Positions 11,636 to 24,338 of a stretch of 64,000 nt of DNA are shown piece by piece. The DNA is from Mobula hypostoma (lineage: Eukaryota). Where the stretch lies: positions 108,254,001-108,318,000 of the forward strand of contig NC_086097.1 of NCBI RefSeq assembly GCF_963921235.1, in the 5' to 3' direction. Every line of letters starts with the position of its first letter. Within the stretch, counting starts at the first letter, position 1. The notes beneath the pieces were generated by a model that was given only the letters and a program-made list of their open reading frames with translations, had not been told where the DNA came from and did not search any database. The position numbers and the translations under genes were made by a program.

Positions 11636-13250
11636 TGTTTGAGCCCACTAGTGGAAAGGCAATTCTAGATTGGGTGTTGTGTAATAAACCAGATTTGATT
11701 AGGGAGCTTAAGATAAAGGAAACCTGAGGAGACTGTGATCATAATATGATAGAAATCACCCCGCAGTTTGAGAAGGAGAAGATAAAGTCAGATGTATCAG
11801 TATTACAGTGAAGTAATGGGAATTACAGAGCCATGAGAGATAAGCGAGTCAAAGTTGATTGGAAGGAGACACCATCAGGAATAATAGCAGAACAGCAATG
11901 GCTGTAGTTTCTGGGGAATATTTGGAATATATCCGAAAAATAAGTATTCTGAAGGGAGAATGAGGCAATCATGGCCGACAAGGGAAGTCAAGGGCACACA
12001 AAGCCAAACAAAGGGCATATAATAGAGCAAAAAAATTAGTGGGAAGGTAGAGGATTGCGAAGCTTTTAAAAACCGACAGAAGGCAATTAAAATAAGCCAC
12101 AAGAAGAGAAAAAATGAAACATCAAGGTACATTAGCCAATAAGACAAAAGAGGATACCAAAAGTTTTTTCAGATATAAAGAGTAAAAGAAAGGCGAGAGT
12201 GGATATCGGATTGTTGAAAAATGATGCTGGAGAAGTAGTGGGGGGGGGGGGAACAAAGAAATTCCAGATGAACTTAAGTATTTTGCATCAGTTTTCATTG
12301 TGGAAGACACTAGCAGTAAACCAGAAATTCAAGAGTGTCAAGGGGCAAAAATGAATGTAATTGCTATTATTAAGGAGAAGGTGCTTGGGAAGCTGAAAGA
12401 TTTGAGGGTAGGTAAGTCAGCTGGAGCAGATGGACAGCACCCAAGGGTTCTGAAAGAGGTAGCTGAAGAGATTGTGGAGGCATTAGTAAGGATCTTTCAA
12501 GAACCATGAGATTCTGAATGATCTGGAGAAATAGAGAATTGCAAATGTCATTCTACTCTTTAAGAAGGGAGGGAAGCAGAAGTAAGAAAAGTATAACCTA
12601 GTTAGCTGAACTTCTGTGGTTGGGAAGATGTTGGAGTCCATTATTAAGGACGAGGTTTTGGGGTACTTGGTGGCACATGATAAAATAAGCTGAAGTTAGC
12701 ATGGTTTCTTTAAGGGGAAATCTTGCCCCACAAATCTGTTGGATTTTTTTTTGAAGAAATAACAGGCAGGATAGATAAAGAAGAGTCAGTGGATATTGTG
12801 TACTTGGATTTTCTGAAGGTCTTTGACAAGGTGCCACACGTGAGGTTGCTTAACAAGGTGAAAACCTATGGTATCACAGTACTAGCATACATAGAACGTT
12901 GGCTGACTGGCAGGAGGCAAAGAGTGGGAATAAAAGGAGCCTATTCTGTTTGCTTACGGTGTTCCACAGGGTTCAGTATTGGAGGCACTTCTTTTCATTT
13001 TATATGTCAATGATTTAGATGATGAATTTGATGGCATTGTGGTCAAGTTTACAGACGATACAAAGAGAGGTGGTGGGGTAAATAGTGCTGAGGAAGCAGG
13101 GAGTCTGCAGAAGGACTTGGACAGATTAGGAGAATGGGCAAAAAAGTGGCCGATGAAATGTAGTGTAGGGAAATGTATAGTCTTGTACTTAGTAGAAGGA
13201 ATAAAGGCGTAGACAATTTTCTAAATGGGGTGAAATTTCAAGAATTGGAA
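11636..13250 (+). mobile_element. Decayed CR1 ORF2 fragment
   Basis: ORFs 12300-12509, 12723-13013 (VDIVYLDFLKVFDKVPH), 12979-13212 (KFTDDTK). Confidence 0.9.
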
Positions 13251-13254
13251 TATG

Positions 13255-13745
13255 AAAATAAAAATAACCATAAGTTAGAATAAGAAATATAACAATTAAA
13301 TCAAATAAATAGTGTAAAAGGAGAGCAAACCATGATAAGTTTAGTGAGGTAATGTGTATGGGTTAATTTTCCATTCTGAAATCTGATGGCCGACAGGAAG
13401 AAGCTGTTCTTAAAATGTTGAGTGTGAGTCTTTAGGCTCCTGTACCTTCTCCCTGATGGTAATAATGAGAAGAAGTTTTGGCCTGGGTGATGGAGATCCT
13501 TAATGATAGATGCTGCTTCTTTGAGGCATCGCCTTTTGCAGGTGTCCTCGATGTTGGCGAGGCTAGTGTCCATAATGGAACTGGTTGAGTTTGCATAATT
13601 CTGCAGTTTTTTCCATTCTTGTACCAAATGGTGATGCAACCAATTAGAATGCTCTCTAAGGTATACCTGTATAAATTTACAAGGGTCTTTGGTGTCAAAT
13701 CAATACTCCTCAAGCTCCTAATGAAATAAAGATGCTATCGTGCTG
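13255..13745 (-). mobile_element. Rex1/Babar 3' fragment
   Basis: ORF 13301-13639 AASIIKDLHHPGQNFFSLLPSGRRYRSLKTHT. Confidence 0.85.
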
Positions 13746-14269
13746 CTGTGTAAGATACAAGTTCTTCTCTGGGGAGAACACCATGTTATTCCTATATATC
13801 CACCCTAGAAAGCAGTTAAGGTCTCCAATTGTCCAGCACTCCCTGTATTCAGCTATAGTGTCATGTTAGGTATTTGCCCTCAAATCTCGGATATAAATCA
13901 AGAATCTAGAAAGTTGAAAGCTAGAATTCTCGTAAAATCTGGTAAAATAGGACCCGGAACCTCTGGAACCTGAAACACAGAATGTACCTCTGGAAACTAG
14001 AACCCAGAAGCTACCTCTGGAGCCCAGAGCCATTTCTGGAAACTAGAACTGTTGCAATTCAGGAACTAGGGCCCAACTCTGTCACCTGGAACCCAGGCCT
14101 CACCTTGGAATCTAGAACCTGCAGAATCTGGATCCTGAGCCAACCCGGGGAGCATTGGACCTTAGTATACAATTCCCATGATGCTGAAGGCTGCAACACA
14201 GGCTCACGAGGTGGTGAAGATGTGCATTATGAAGAATAACATGACCTGGAAACTGCATGTTATTGAGAG

Positions 14270-15385
14270 AGGAATCCTTGTGCATATAATAGAAAATAGC
14301 AATCTCTGCAGGTGACACAGAGAACTGTAGGTTATTTAAATATTCTCTAGAATAGCACCACCTGTACAAAATAATGAGAAGAGCAGCCCCCATGTATCAA
14401 GGGTCAACTTTATTCACCATAAACTTTTACGTGTATTAGGAAATTGCTGTGGTGGTGTTAGCACTGCATTCAACAAAAACTGGCAACATTCAACAGTTAT
14501 ATAGAATAAAGAATTATGTAAAAATAAAGTTAGAAACACAGATGGAATAAGAAGTCCCTAAGTACATAAATATCAGCATAAACTTACGATGTGACACTGC
14601 AGTGACTGAGGTAATAAATAGAAGGGATAGTGTACGGGGGGCTAACTAGAATGATTGATCAGATGAATTGCCTGGCCGTAGAAAAGTTTCAGATGGTGTT
14701 ATGAATTTTTATGTATTATACAGAACAGCAACTCTTGTATTATGGATAATAACTGTACCTATGTGTTGTATAAAGAATGGCTGCCCCTAAATATATTTAA
14801 AAAAGAATATCAGTGCTTGTGTATTTTATAAAACGTCACATTAGCCTGTATTTATAACAGTAAATAATAGGCCCTTTCTTTGTCATAGGGAAATGGTGCA
14901 TTACAGAGAACCATCAGTCTGTGTTTATTACAGAGATAATCAGATCGTGCTTGTGTCAAGTTACAACATTTAGGAGACATTTGGATAGGCACAAGGATCC
15001 AGAAGATTTTGAGGGATATAGGTCAAGCACAGGTAAGTAGGACTAGCAAACAACCTGGTTGGCATCAATGAGCTGGGTTGTAAGTCTGTTCTTGTACTGT
15101 GTGACTCTGTATTCTGTGTGCACAAAAGGAAGGAACAGCTCCTGTGTGTGTTGCTGCGTACGAGTACATTCTAGATCGTGGCAGCCTGTTTGTCCATGTA
15201 TGTCATGGGGACCAGCAATCACATGTGCAGTATATTATAAAGGGTAGAAGCTCCATTCGTATTATAGACAAGAACAGCCACTGGGTGAATTGTGGAGAAC
15301 GGCAGTCCACTGTGTACATTATAGAGAATAGGAGCCCCTGTTTATATTATTGAGAATACCAGTCTCTGTGTAGATTATAGGGGAT
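14270..15385. repeat. Degenerate minisatellite, unit about 28 bp (approx. TGTGTATATTATAGAGAACAGCAGCCCC), broken by TE fragments at about 14400-14700 and 14955-15115
   Basis: Recurrent variants such as TGTGTACATTATAGAGAATAGGAGCCCC, TGTTTATATTATTGAGAATACCAGTCTC, ATGTATTATACAGAACAGCAACTC. Confidence 0.65.
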
Positions 15386-15556
15386 ATTTGGAAGGTACAC
15401 TGACAGGAAAAGTTTAGACGGGTATAGCTCAAATGGGACTAGCTTAGGTGGGTATCCTGGTCGACAGGGACCAGTTGTTCCAAAGGGCCTGTTTCCCCTG
15501 CTGTAATTTCTCAAATGTGGAACTCGAATCCCACCTGTGGAATCTGGAGCCCTGAA

Positions 15557-15825
15557 CAGAGTGGTTAGCACAACGCTTTACATTAGCTGTGACCAGGTTC
15601 AGTTCCTGCTGCTGTCCGTAAGGAGTTTGTACGTTCTCCTAGTAACAATGCCAGTTTCCTCCAGTGCTCAGGTTTCTCCCCACAGACCAAAGACGTACCG
15701 ATTGGTAGGTTAGTTGGTCACTGTGGATTGTCCCATGATTAAACTAGGGTTAAATTGGGAGCTGTTGAGTGGCATTGCTCGGGGAAGGGCCTAATCCATG
15801 CTGTATCTTAATAAATAAATAAATA
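15557..15825 (+). mobile_element. tRNA-derived V-SINE
   Basis: Head GAGTGGTTAGCAC...GGTTCAGTTCC; V-domain-like GGAGTTTGTACGTTCTCC...GTTTCCTCCAGTGCTCAGGTTTCTCCCCACA; (AATA)n tail. Confidence 0.8.
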
Positions 15826-16137
15826 ACACAGAACCTATGTCTAGCACCTCACTCCTGTCTCTGGAAACCAGAACTCAGAACCTACCACTCATCTATAGAA
15901 CCTAGAATCAACAACTCATTTCTAGATCTAAAACCTCTGGACTGAATGGCAAAAGTTTTACTGGGGACCTTATCTGACAGAATTCCTTTATTCATGGCTT
16001 GTCAGAGTGCTTTGTTTTTGTTTAAGCTCTTACAAATCTGACTTCTTTTGTGTGTTTTGGAATGTAAAAGCACAAATGATCATTATAAAGATGCCTATTA
16101 AAGAATAGATGTGGCAGAAACCTCTTACAATTTGTTT

Positions 16138-17969
16138 CATAGAAACATAGAAAATAGGTGCAGGAGTAGGCCATTCGGCCCTTCGAGCTTTCACCGCCAT
16201 TCAGTATAGATCATGGCTGCTCATCTAACTCAGAACCCTGTACCAGCCTTCCCTCCATACCCCCTGATCCCTTTAGCCACAAGGGCCATATCTAACTCCC
16301 TCTTAAATATAGCCAATGAACGGGCCTCAGCTGTTTCCTGTGGCAGAGAATTCCACAGTTTCACCACTCTCTGTGTCAAGAAGTTTTTCCTCATCTCGGT
16401 CCTAAAAGGCTTCCCCTTTATCTTTAAACTGTGATCCCTCGTTCTGGACTTCCCCAACATTGGGAACAATCTCCCTGCAACTAGCCTGTTCAATCCCTTT
16501 AGAATTTTATACGTTTCAATAAGATCCCCCCTTAATCTTCTAAATTCCAGTGAGTATAAGCCTAGTCGATCCAGTCTTTTGTCATATGAAAGTCCTGCCA
16601 TCCCAGGAATCAATCTGGTGAACCTTCTTTGTACTCCCTGTATGGCAAGAATGTCTTTCCTCAGATTAGGGGACAAAAACTGCACACAATACTCCAGGTG
16701 TGGTCTCACCAAGGCCTTATACAACTGCAGTAGTACCTCCCTGCTCCTGTACTCGAATCCTCTCGCTATAAATGCCAGCATACCGTTCGCCTTTTTCACC
16801 ACCTGCTGTACCTGCATGCCCACTTTCAATGACTGGTGTACAATGACACCCAGGTCTCGTTGCACCTCCCCTTTTCCTAATTGGCCACCATTCAGATAAT
16901 AATCTGTTTTCCTGTTCTTGCCACCAAAGTGGATAACCTCACATTTATCCACATTAAATTGCATCTGCCATGAATTTGCCCACTCCCCTAACCTATCCAA
17001 GTCACCCTGCATCCTCTTAGCATCCTCCTCACAGCTAACACTGCTGCCCAGCTTCGTGTCATCTGCAAACTTGGAGATGCTGCATTTAATTCCCTTGTCT
17101 AAGTCATTAATATATATTGTAAACAACTGGGGTCCCAGCACTGAGCCTTGCGGTACCCCACTAGTCACTGCCTGCCATTCTGAAAAGGTCACGTTTATTC
17201 CCACTCTTTGCTTCCTGCCTGCCAACAAATTCTCTATCCACATCAATACCATACCCCCAATACCGTGTGCTTTAAGTTTGCACACTAATCTCCTGTGTGG
17301 GACCTTGTCAAAAGCCTTTTGAAAATCCAAATATACCACATCCACTGGTTCTCCCCTATCCACTCTACTAGTTACATCCTAAAAAAATTCTATGAGATTC
17401 GTCAGATGTGATTTCCCTTTCATGCTGACTTTGTCCGATGATTTCACCGCTTTCCAAATGCGCTGTTATCACATCTTTGATAACTGACTCTAGCAATTTC
17501 CCCACCACTGATGTCAGGCTAACTGGTCTATAATTCCCCGGTTTCTCTCTCCCTCCTTTTTTAAGAAGCGGGGTTACATTACATTAGCCACCCTCCCTTC
17601 AGGAACTAATCCAGAATCTAAAGAGTTTTGAAAAATGATCACTAATGCATCCACTATTTCTTGGGCTACTTCCTCAAGCACTCTGGGATGCAGACCATCT
17701 GGCCCTGGGGATTTATCTGCCTTCAATCCCTTCAATTTACCTAACACCACTTCCCTACGAACATGTATTTCACTCAGTTCCTCCATCTCACTGGACCCTC
17801 GGTCCCCTACTATTTCCGGAAGATTATTTATGTCCTCCTTGGTGAAGACAGAACCAAAGTAGTTATTCACTTGGTCTGCCATGTCCTTGTTCCCCATGAT
17901 CAATTCACCTGTTTCTGACATTTGTCTTAACCAATCTTTTTCTTTTCACATATCTATAAAAGCTTTTAC
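16138..17969 (-). mobile_element. Young 5'-truncated CR1 LINE
   Basis: Uninterrupted 377-aa RT/C-terminal ORF 16230-17363 (YLDFQKAFDKVPH, GVPQGSVLGP, KFADDTK); (CATAGAAA)n tail on plus strand. Confidence 0.95.
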
Positions 17970-18229
17970 TGGACATTGCAATTAACCTCTCAGCAAATTG
18001 TCAATGCTACCTGATCCAAATGTTACTTTGATAGAAACATAAATATTTGTCTTTAATGTTCTGCAAGTCACATTATTTATTAATAATTCAGATCTCTTTG
18101 GACTGTGTTTCACATTCTTCAATATGCTTAGTTTCTACTGTGACATCAAACATGCAACAAAATTTCAGTTCATATTAATTCTTTTGTTTTAAGTTTCTTT
18201 TGTTTACTCTCTTCTCCTTTTTCATCAAG

Positions 18230-19835
18230 TAAGGTACAAGAGGTACAATCTCTGGAAAGCCATCTCACGTGCAAAGTGGCAAGTCTGAAACTTAAATCAC
18301 TGAAGGATGCTCAATAGCTAAGGCAGGGCTTGAATTCCTTTTGTCTCTTACAAAGTGAAACCAAGCGATATATTGCAGATGACAACAAAGCTTTGCTCCC
18401 AATGAGCTCAATGCCCTTTATGCTCATTTTGACTGTCAAAGCATGCAGGCACCTTCACGAACTCCCACAGTCCGCTATGACTCTGTGACTTCAGTCTCTG
18501 AGGCTGACGTGAAAACACCATTCAGAAGGTTGAACCCACAGAAAACATTTGGCCCAGTTGGAGTACCTGGTCAAGTATAAAGACCTGTGCTGATCAACTG
18601 GCTGGACTGTTCACCGATATCTTTAACCTCTCACTTCAGTCGTCTGAGGTACCCACCTGCTTCAAGCAGGCTTCAATTATACCAGTACCGAAGAAGAACG
18701 TGGTAACCTGCTTCAATGATTATCATTCAGTTACATCCACGGTGATGAAGTGTATGAGGGGTTGTTGATGAAGCACGTCAACTCCTGCTTGAGGAGTGAT
18801 TTCGATCCACTCCAATTTGTTTATTGTCACAGCAGGTCAACAGCAGATGCCAGTTCACTCAACCCTGGAACATGTGGATAGCAAAGATGCATATGTCAGG
18901 CATACATGCATACTTGATTAACTACAGCTCAGCATTCAATACTATCATTCCCATCAAAACTAATGAATAAATTTTAAGGTCTTGGCCTCAATACCTCCTT
19001 GTGCAATTGGATACTGAATTTCCTCACTTTCAGACCCCAGTCAGTTTGGATTGACAAAAAAATCTTCTCCACAATCTCTATCAGCACACGTGCACCACAA
19101 AGCTGTGCTCTTATGACTGCATGGATAAGCACAGCTCCAATGCCATATTTAAGTTCATTGATGACATAATTGTTGTTGGCCGAATCAGTATATAGGAGGG
19201 AGATTGAAAATCCGGCTGAGTGGTGCCACAACAATAACCTGCCACTCAATGTCAGTAAGACTAAAGAGCTGATTATTGACTTCAGAAGGAGGAAACTAGA
19301 AGTCTATCAGCCAGTCCTCATAGGGGGATCAGGGATGGAGAGGATCAGTAACTTTAAATAGCTCAGTCCTGTCATTTCAGAGGATCTGTTCTGGGTCTAG
19401 AACATAAGTGCCATTAGGAAGAAAGCACTGCAGAGCCTCTATATCCTTAGGAGTTTGCGATAATTTGAAACAACATCTAAAACTTTGACAAACTTCTATA
19501 GATGTGTGGTAGATAGTATATTGACTGACTGCATCACAGCCTGGTGTGGAAACACCAAGTCCCTTGAAAGAAAGTCCTACTGAAGGGTCTCGGCCCAAAA
19601 CGTCAACTATACTCTTTGCCATAGATGCTGCTGGCCTGCTGAGTTCCTCAGCATTTTGTGTGTGTTGCTTGAATTTCTAGCATCTGCAGATTTTCTCTTG
19701 TTTGTGATTAGATCCTACAAAAAGTAATGGATACAGCCCAGTCCATCACAGGTAAAGCCCTACTGCCCATTGAGCACATCTACATGGAGCCCTGTTGCAG
19801 GACAGCAGTATCCATCATCAAGGACCCCCTCCATC
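18230..19835 (+). mobile_element. Decayed Rex1/Babar LINE with a Penelope tail inserted at about 19575-19707
   Basis: ORFs 19170-19361 (EWCHNNNLPLNVSKTKELIIDFRR) and 19727-19909; insert GAAGGGTCTCGGCCCAAAACGTC...CAGCATTTTGTGTG. Confidence 0.85.
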
Positions 19836-20439
19836 CTAGTAGGCTAGATTGTACATTATGTGATAATGAAATGGGGATACTAGCAAATCAGTCGACTATG
19901 ATTTGTTAAAGTTCTTTTGTATTTCAGTTTAATTGAATGAAAATAAGAATCATATATTCAAATCAGGAGTAATGGTTAATATCCAACACTCTCCCAGCAT
20001 CGAGCTCCCTGTTACAGAAAGCATTTGTTGTTTGGCAGACTCAAAGAGAAATAGACAGCTGATTGCACTGTCTAACGAGATAACCACTCTGCTGTTAACG
20101 AGAGACTTCTATGACATTTCCAAAGCTCACTGGATACAACCACACACAACTTCCAAAGTACTTAGATTGCACTTGAATATTTGTGTGCTTTTACTAATTA
20201 AGATATTCATTTTAATGATGTCTCAGTTGCTTTCCTCTGGCAACACATTAAGAGTGTAAGTTTTGGGCTAGGTTTCACAGGCAACTGAAGGAAGGTTGAA
20301 GATTGGGGGAGGATGCACAGGTATACACACCTGGATAGACTGTATTCCCATGGACCTTTCAGAGAGACAAGTCCACCGGTGGCCTGTCGGGGGGTGTGTG
20401 TGTGTGTTTGTAATGTATGTGTGCGAATTGCTGGATGAG

Positions 20440-20960
20440 GTGAGGGCCTCCACTGGTCAAACTTGATCACGGATATTGCATCCTAGCTGTCTAGATAGAC
20501 AAGCCTGAGCAGTACGATATGGAGAGCAAGCTGTTGCGCATGTAGCAAGCTCTCCCTCTCCATGCATCTGGTGACCCAAAGGACCAGTAGAGACTGATAC
20601 AGTTTGTTACCAGAGGAGTCGCAGGAGTTGCCAGTCAGCATTGAACTCAATGTATGATTGCCTTAGGGACTCCAACTGCAGATTTTCCCTTGGGGTTTCT
20701 TCATGTGGGTATAGCCGCAAGGCAGCGGAGGTTTGAGATCAGAGTTTTCCTTCTCCTAGATGAGCTGCCAACCCTGGCTGATAAGCTTCATCTGCCCGAA
20801 GCAACTGGTTTTAAGGCGCCAGTAACCTGGCTTTGCCTCTTCTGTCAGTAGAAACTGTTCCGCCGGGCTTAGTAGCTAAGCCACACATGAAGGCCAGGAA
20901 CTGAACTTGGTTGTCAGAGGCTATTTGAGGCACATGCCATTGGGAGCATTTAATAGGCTA
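20440..20960 (-). mobile_element. Probable RTE-derived non-autonomous element
   Basis: TTTTCCTTCTCCTAGATGAGCTGCCAACC resembles the antisense of RTE 5' regions (recall only); no ORF support. Confidence 0.4.
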
Positions 20961-22059
20961 TAACAACCTTAAGGAGGGTAAGAAGTAAAATTAGGGGCCT
21001 GTTTTGCTGTTGTTATTTTGTTAGTGTTGTTGTTGCTGCTTGCTGAACATAGTAGGCATGCTATGTTGGTGCCAGTGTTGGTGTCAGAATATGTTGTGAC
21101 TCTGAAGGACCAGCCCAGCACATCCTTCAGTATGTTGGTTGTTAACACAAGCAATGCATTTCACTGTGTATTTCAATGTACATGTGGTAAATAAATCTGA
21201 ACTTTCTACCTTGACTTCTGCAAAGATTGATGTTGACAAGAGCTCAGCTGAGAGAGCCACCAAAGGCATGTTATCTTCCCTGGGACAACCTTCAGCAACA
21301 CACAGGCCCAGACTGCTGTCACTGTGAAGGTTCAGATCATCATCACTGTCAGATTCTGAGCATCAGGATCATTCCAAATGGCTACAGAAAAACAGCTATG
21401 TATCGCAGTTTGTTGCTCACCACAATCTTTGGGACATTATACATTTTTATTATTCTAGGACCAATCTCCAGTATTTTTATTTCAGTGAGGAGCAGGTGAT
21501 ATTACATGCACAGTGGTGATTTGCTACCATTCCAGCCTTCCACAAGTTTCAGAGTGTCATCAGCTCAACTCATGACCATGTTGCTTCACTGAGAAAATCC
21601 CAAGCTTTGCAGTAAAGGAAAGGACGACCTCTCCCTCTAGATCTAAATAGCTAATGAATATATTTTGCATGGTCTGTGCCACATTTCATGGAAGCTCCCA
21701 GGATATCAGGATTCATTCGTTCTTCACTTGTCAGACATTTCCCTAAGGACTAGATCTTGGGCGACAATGGCTACTCACTCTTTAAGTAACTTCCAAAATC
21801 TTTACAGACTACAGTTATTACAGGTGAGTATTAGGACAAAGGGAGACAGGATGCGAACTGATCAGTAGTAGAAAATGTCATACGTCTTTTCAAATTAAAA
21901 GACCCACATCTCCAGCAAACCATGGGGGTGCTTGAGTGTGGAGACTGGAGTTTTGCCTTTCATACTTCACACCTCTCCAACAGGAGGTCTGAAACCATGC
22001 TCAGGAAAAGGCCAGTTAGAAGTGAGGAACAAGAAAACAATTGTCCCTCGGAAAATAAT

Positions 22060-22420
22060 GTCAAAGTTGAAAGTGAATTTATAATCACAGTACATGTACA
22101 TTATATTACCATATACTATTTGGGAGTCACCTTCTTGCAGGCATTTACAGGAAAGAAGGAAATACAATAGAATTTATGAAAAACCATACATCACCATACA
22201 AACAGCCAATAAGTAAAAGAAGATAAATCGTACAAAGAAATAATATTGAGACTATAAGTTGTAAAGAGTCCTTGGAAATGAGTTGGTAATTTGTAGAATC
22301 AGTTCAGAGTTGTGGTGAGTGAAGTTATCCAGTCCGGTTCAGAAGCTTGATGGTTGTAGGATAATAACTGCTCCTGAACCTGGTGGTGTGGCACCTAAGG
22401 CTCCTGTACGTCTTGCGAGA
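22060..22420 (-). mobile_element. Rex1/Babar-like 3' end
   Basis: CTCCTGAACCTGGTGGTGTGGCACCTAAGGCTCCTGTAC is the antisense of the YRSL..HTTRFR motif region. Confidence 0.6.
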
Positions 22421-22671
22421 GGAGCAGTCTTCTTGAATGGAGACAAGAGTGCCTAGTGAAGTGGCTCAACAAGCTCAGAGCTGGAACAGCACAGGGCATT
22501 GACCATGTGTAGGATTTCCAAATTTTCAGGAATAAGAGAACCATGGCTAAACTTGTTTTGGATTGTGACATTCAGTTGGTCATTTTGAGAAAGACAATGA
22601 TTATTTAATAATGGAAGCTTACAACTGGCACGATCAATTTTCACTCTCCTCCTGTAAATCAAGTGTCCACT

Positions 22672-23290
22672 TAGACAAAAAATGCTGAAGGAACTCAGCA
22701 GGTCAAACAGTATCTATGAAAGTGAGTAAACAGTTGACATTCAAGCCAAGACCCTCCTTCAGGATTAGAAAGGAAGCGGGGAGAGGCCATAATAAGAAGG
22801 GGAGGGGAAGAAGTACAAACTGGAAAGTGATAGATGAAGTCAAGTGGATGGTGGTGGAGGGGGGAGAGAAGAAGTAAGAAGCTGGGAGGTGATAGGTGGA
22901 AAAGGAAAAGGACTGGAGAAGAAGGAATCTGATAGGAGAAGAGAGTGAACTATGAGAGAAAGGGAAGAAGGGGGACACCAGGGAGGTGATAAGGCAGTGA
23001 GGAGAAGAGATTGGGGGAGCAGAGAGGCAACTGAAGAAGAGGGAAGGAGGAGGGGGAAAATTACCAGAATCTGGAGAAATCGCTATTCACTCCATCAGGT
23101 TAGAAGCTACCTAGACAGAATATGAAGTTTGCTCCTCCAATCTGAGGGTGGCCTCATCATAGCAGAAGAGGAGGCCATGGACAGACATGTCAGAATGGGA
23201 ATGGGGATTGGAATTAAACTGGCTGGCTTCTGGGAAATCTTGCTTTTTATGGATGGAGTGAAGGCACTCAATGAATCTCCATCAGGTCTC
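22672..23290 (-). mobile_element. Penelope-like element 3' fragment
   Basis: Antisense of the HSDMSVHGLL...EATLRLEEQ region, pyrimidine tract and tail seen at 29500-30041. Confidence 0.8.
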
Positions 23291-24338
23291 ACGTTGTATC
23301 CCCCAATCTATGTCATGCATTTGTGAGTTGTTGCTTGGGGTTTCCAGCATCTACTGAATCTTGTGTTCACTTCATACATTCCTGGTCAAGGAACTACTTT
23401 GGATGAATGCTATTTGATTTATTCATTCAGCTTTGAAGGGAAGATGGACATGAGACAACAGGTGATAAGCTGTGAAGGTCTAGCTCCACATTGTAGCCCC
23501 CTCTCTGTCTGTAGCCCAGCAGACAGTGGGAAATGGGATTGCGTTGTGAGTCAGCAACCATATTGCCGCTGCCTGGCTGCCATGGGGATTGTGCTTCAGT
23601 GGATTGAAATCCAGCTCTCCTTTCTATGCCACAAACTTCTGACAGAATTCCCAGCACTGCCTTTGGGAACTATGCAGATAATGCTTTTCCCGCACCTTTA
23701 GGCTTGGAAGCTAGAACGGCAATTTTGCAGAGAATGTTGTGATCTTTTCAGAGAATCCTCTTGTTCCAAAACTGAAGCAAACTAATATTTTTGTCTTGTG
23801 TTAAATGATTATTAATGTTGTTACTACCAAGCTAATTAGATGGTTTTAAATTCCTTTATTAGATATATTAATAGACTTGTGATATATTCAGGGTATGGTC
23901 AAAATTGGCAATTTCACAAAGCAATATAACTCAGTATTTACCTTTCATCATTCCTGTCCGCTTTAGTTCCTTTGCAGTTTCCCAGCTGAGGTATTGAATG
24001 TGACACTGAAAAAGGTGCCGTCTACCCTTGTATTTATCAAATTGAATGAATTTCAACAGAGTCAATTTGATATTACTTGCTGATTTATTTTGTCCAAACA
24101 ATGTGGCATTGAAAGAATAACTGAGAATTGGAATGGCTTGTGTTTTTCACAACTCTTATTCACATGCAAAACAAATCCACACCCCTAATGAAATAAATGA
24201 AGAGTAATGATGATTACTGTGATTCAGAGTAATCTGATGCTTGGGTATTCTTGAGAATCAGAATCGGGTTTAATATCACTGGCATATGTCGTGAAATCTG
24301 TTGTCTTTGCAGCAGCAGTACAATGCAATACATAATAC

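Noticed and set aside
14270..15385. CRISPR-like repeat-spacer array
   Set aside because: Units are degenerate and contiguous with no unique spacers; vertebrate context, no cas genes.
16579..17322. Plus-strand ORFs repeated at 24821-25525 as a duplicated host gene
   Set aside because: Antisense shadows of the CR1 RT frame.
19933..20259. Unique-sequence ORFs or exon candidates (also 11313-11344, 22453-22662, 40492-40650, 51800-51847, 54505-54714)
   Set aside because: Weak or missing splice sites, no recognisable protein, no consistent multi-exon frame.
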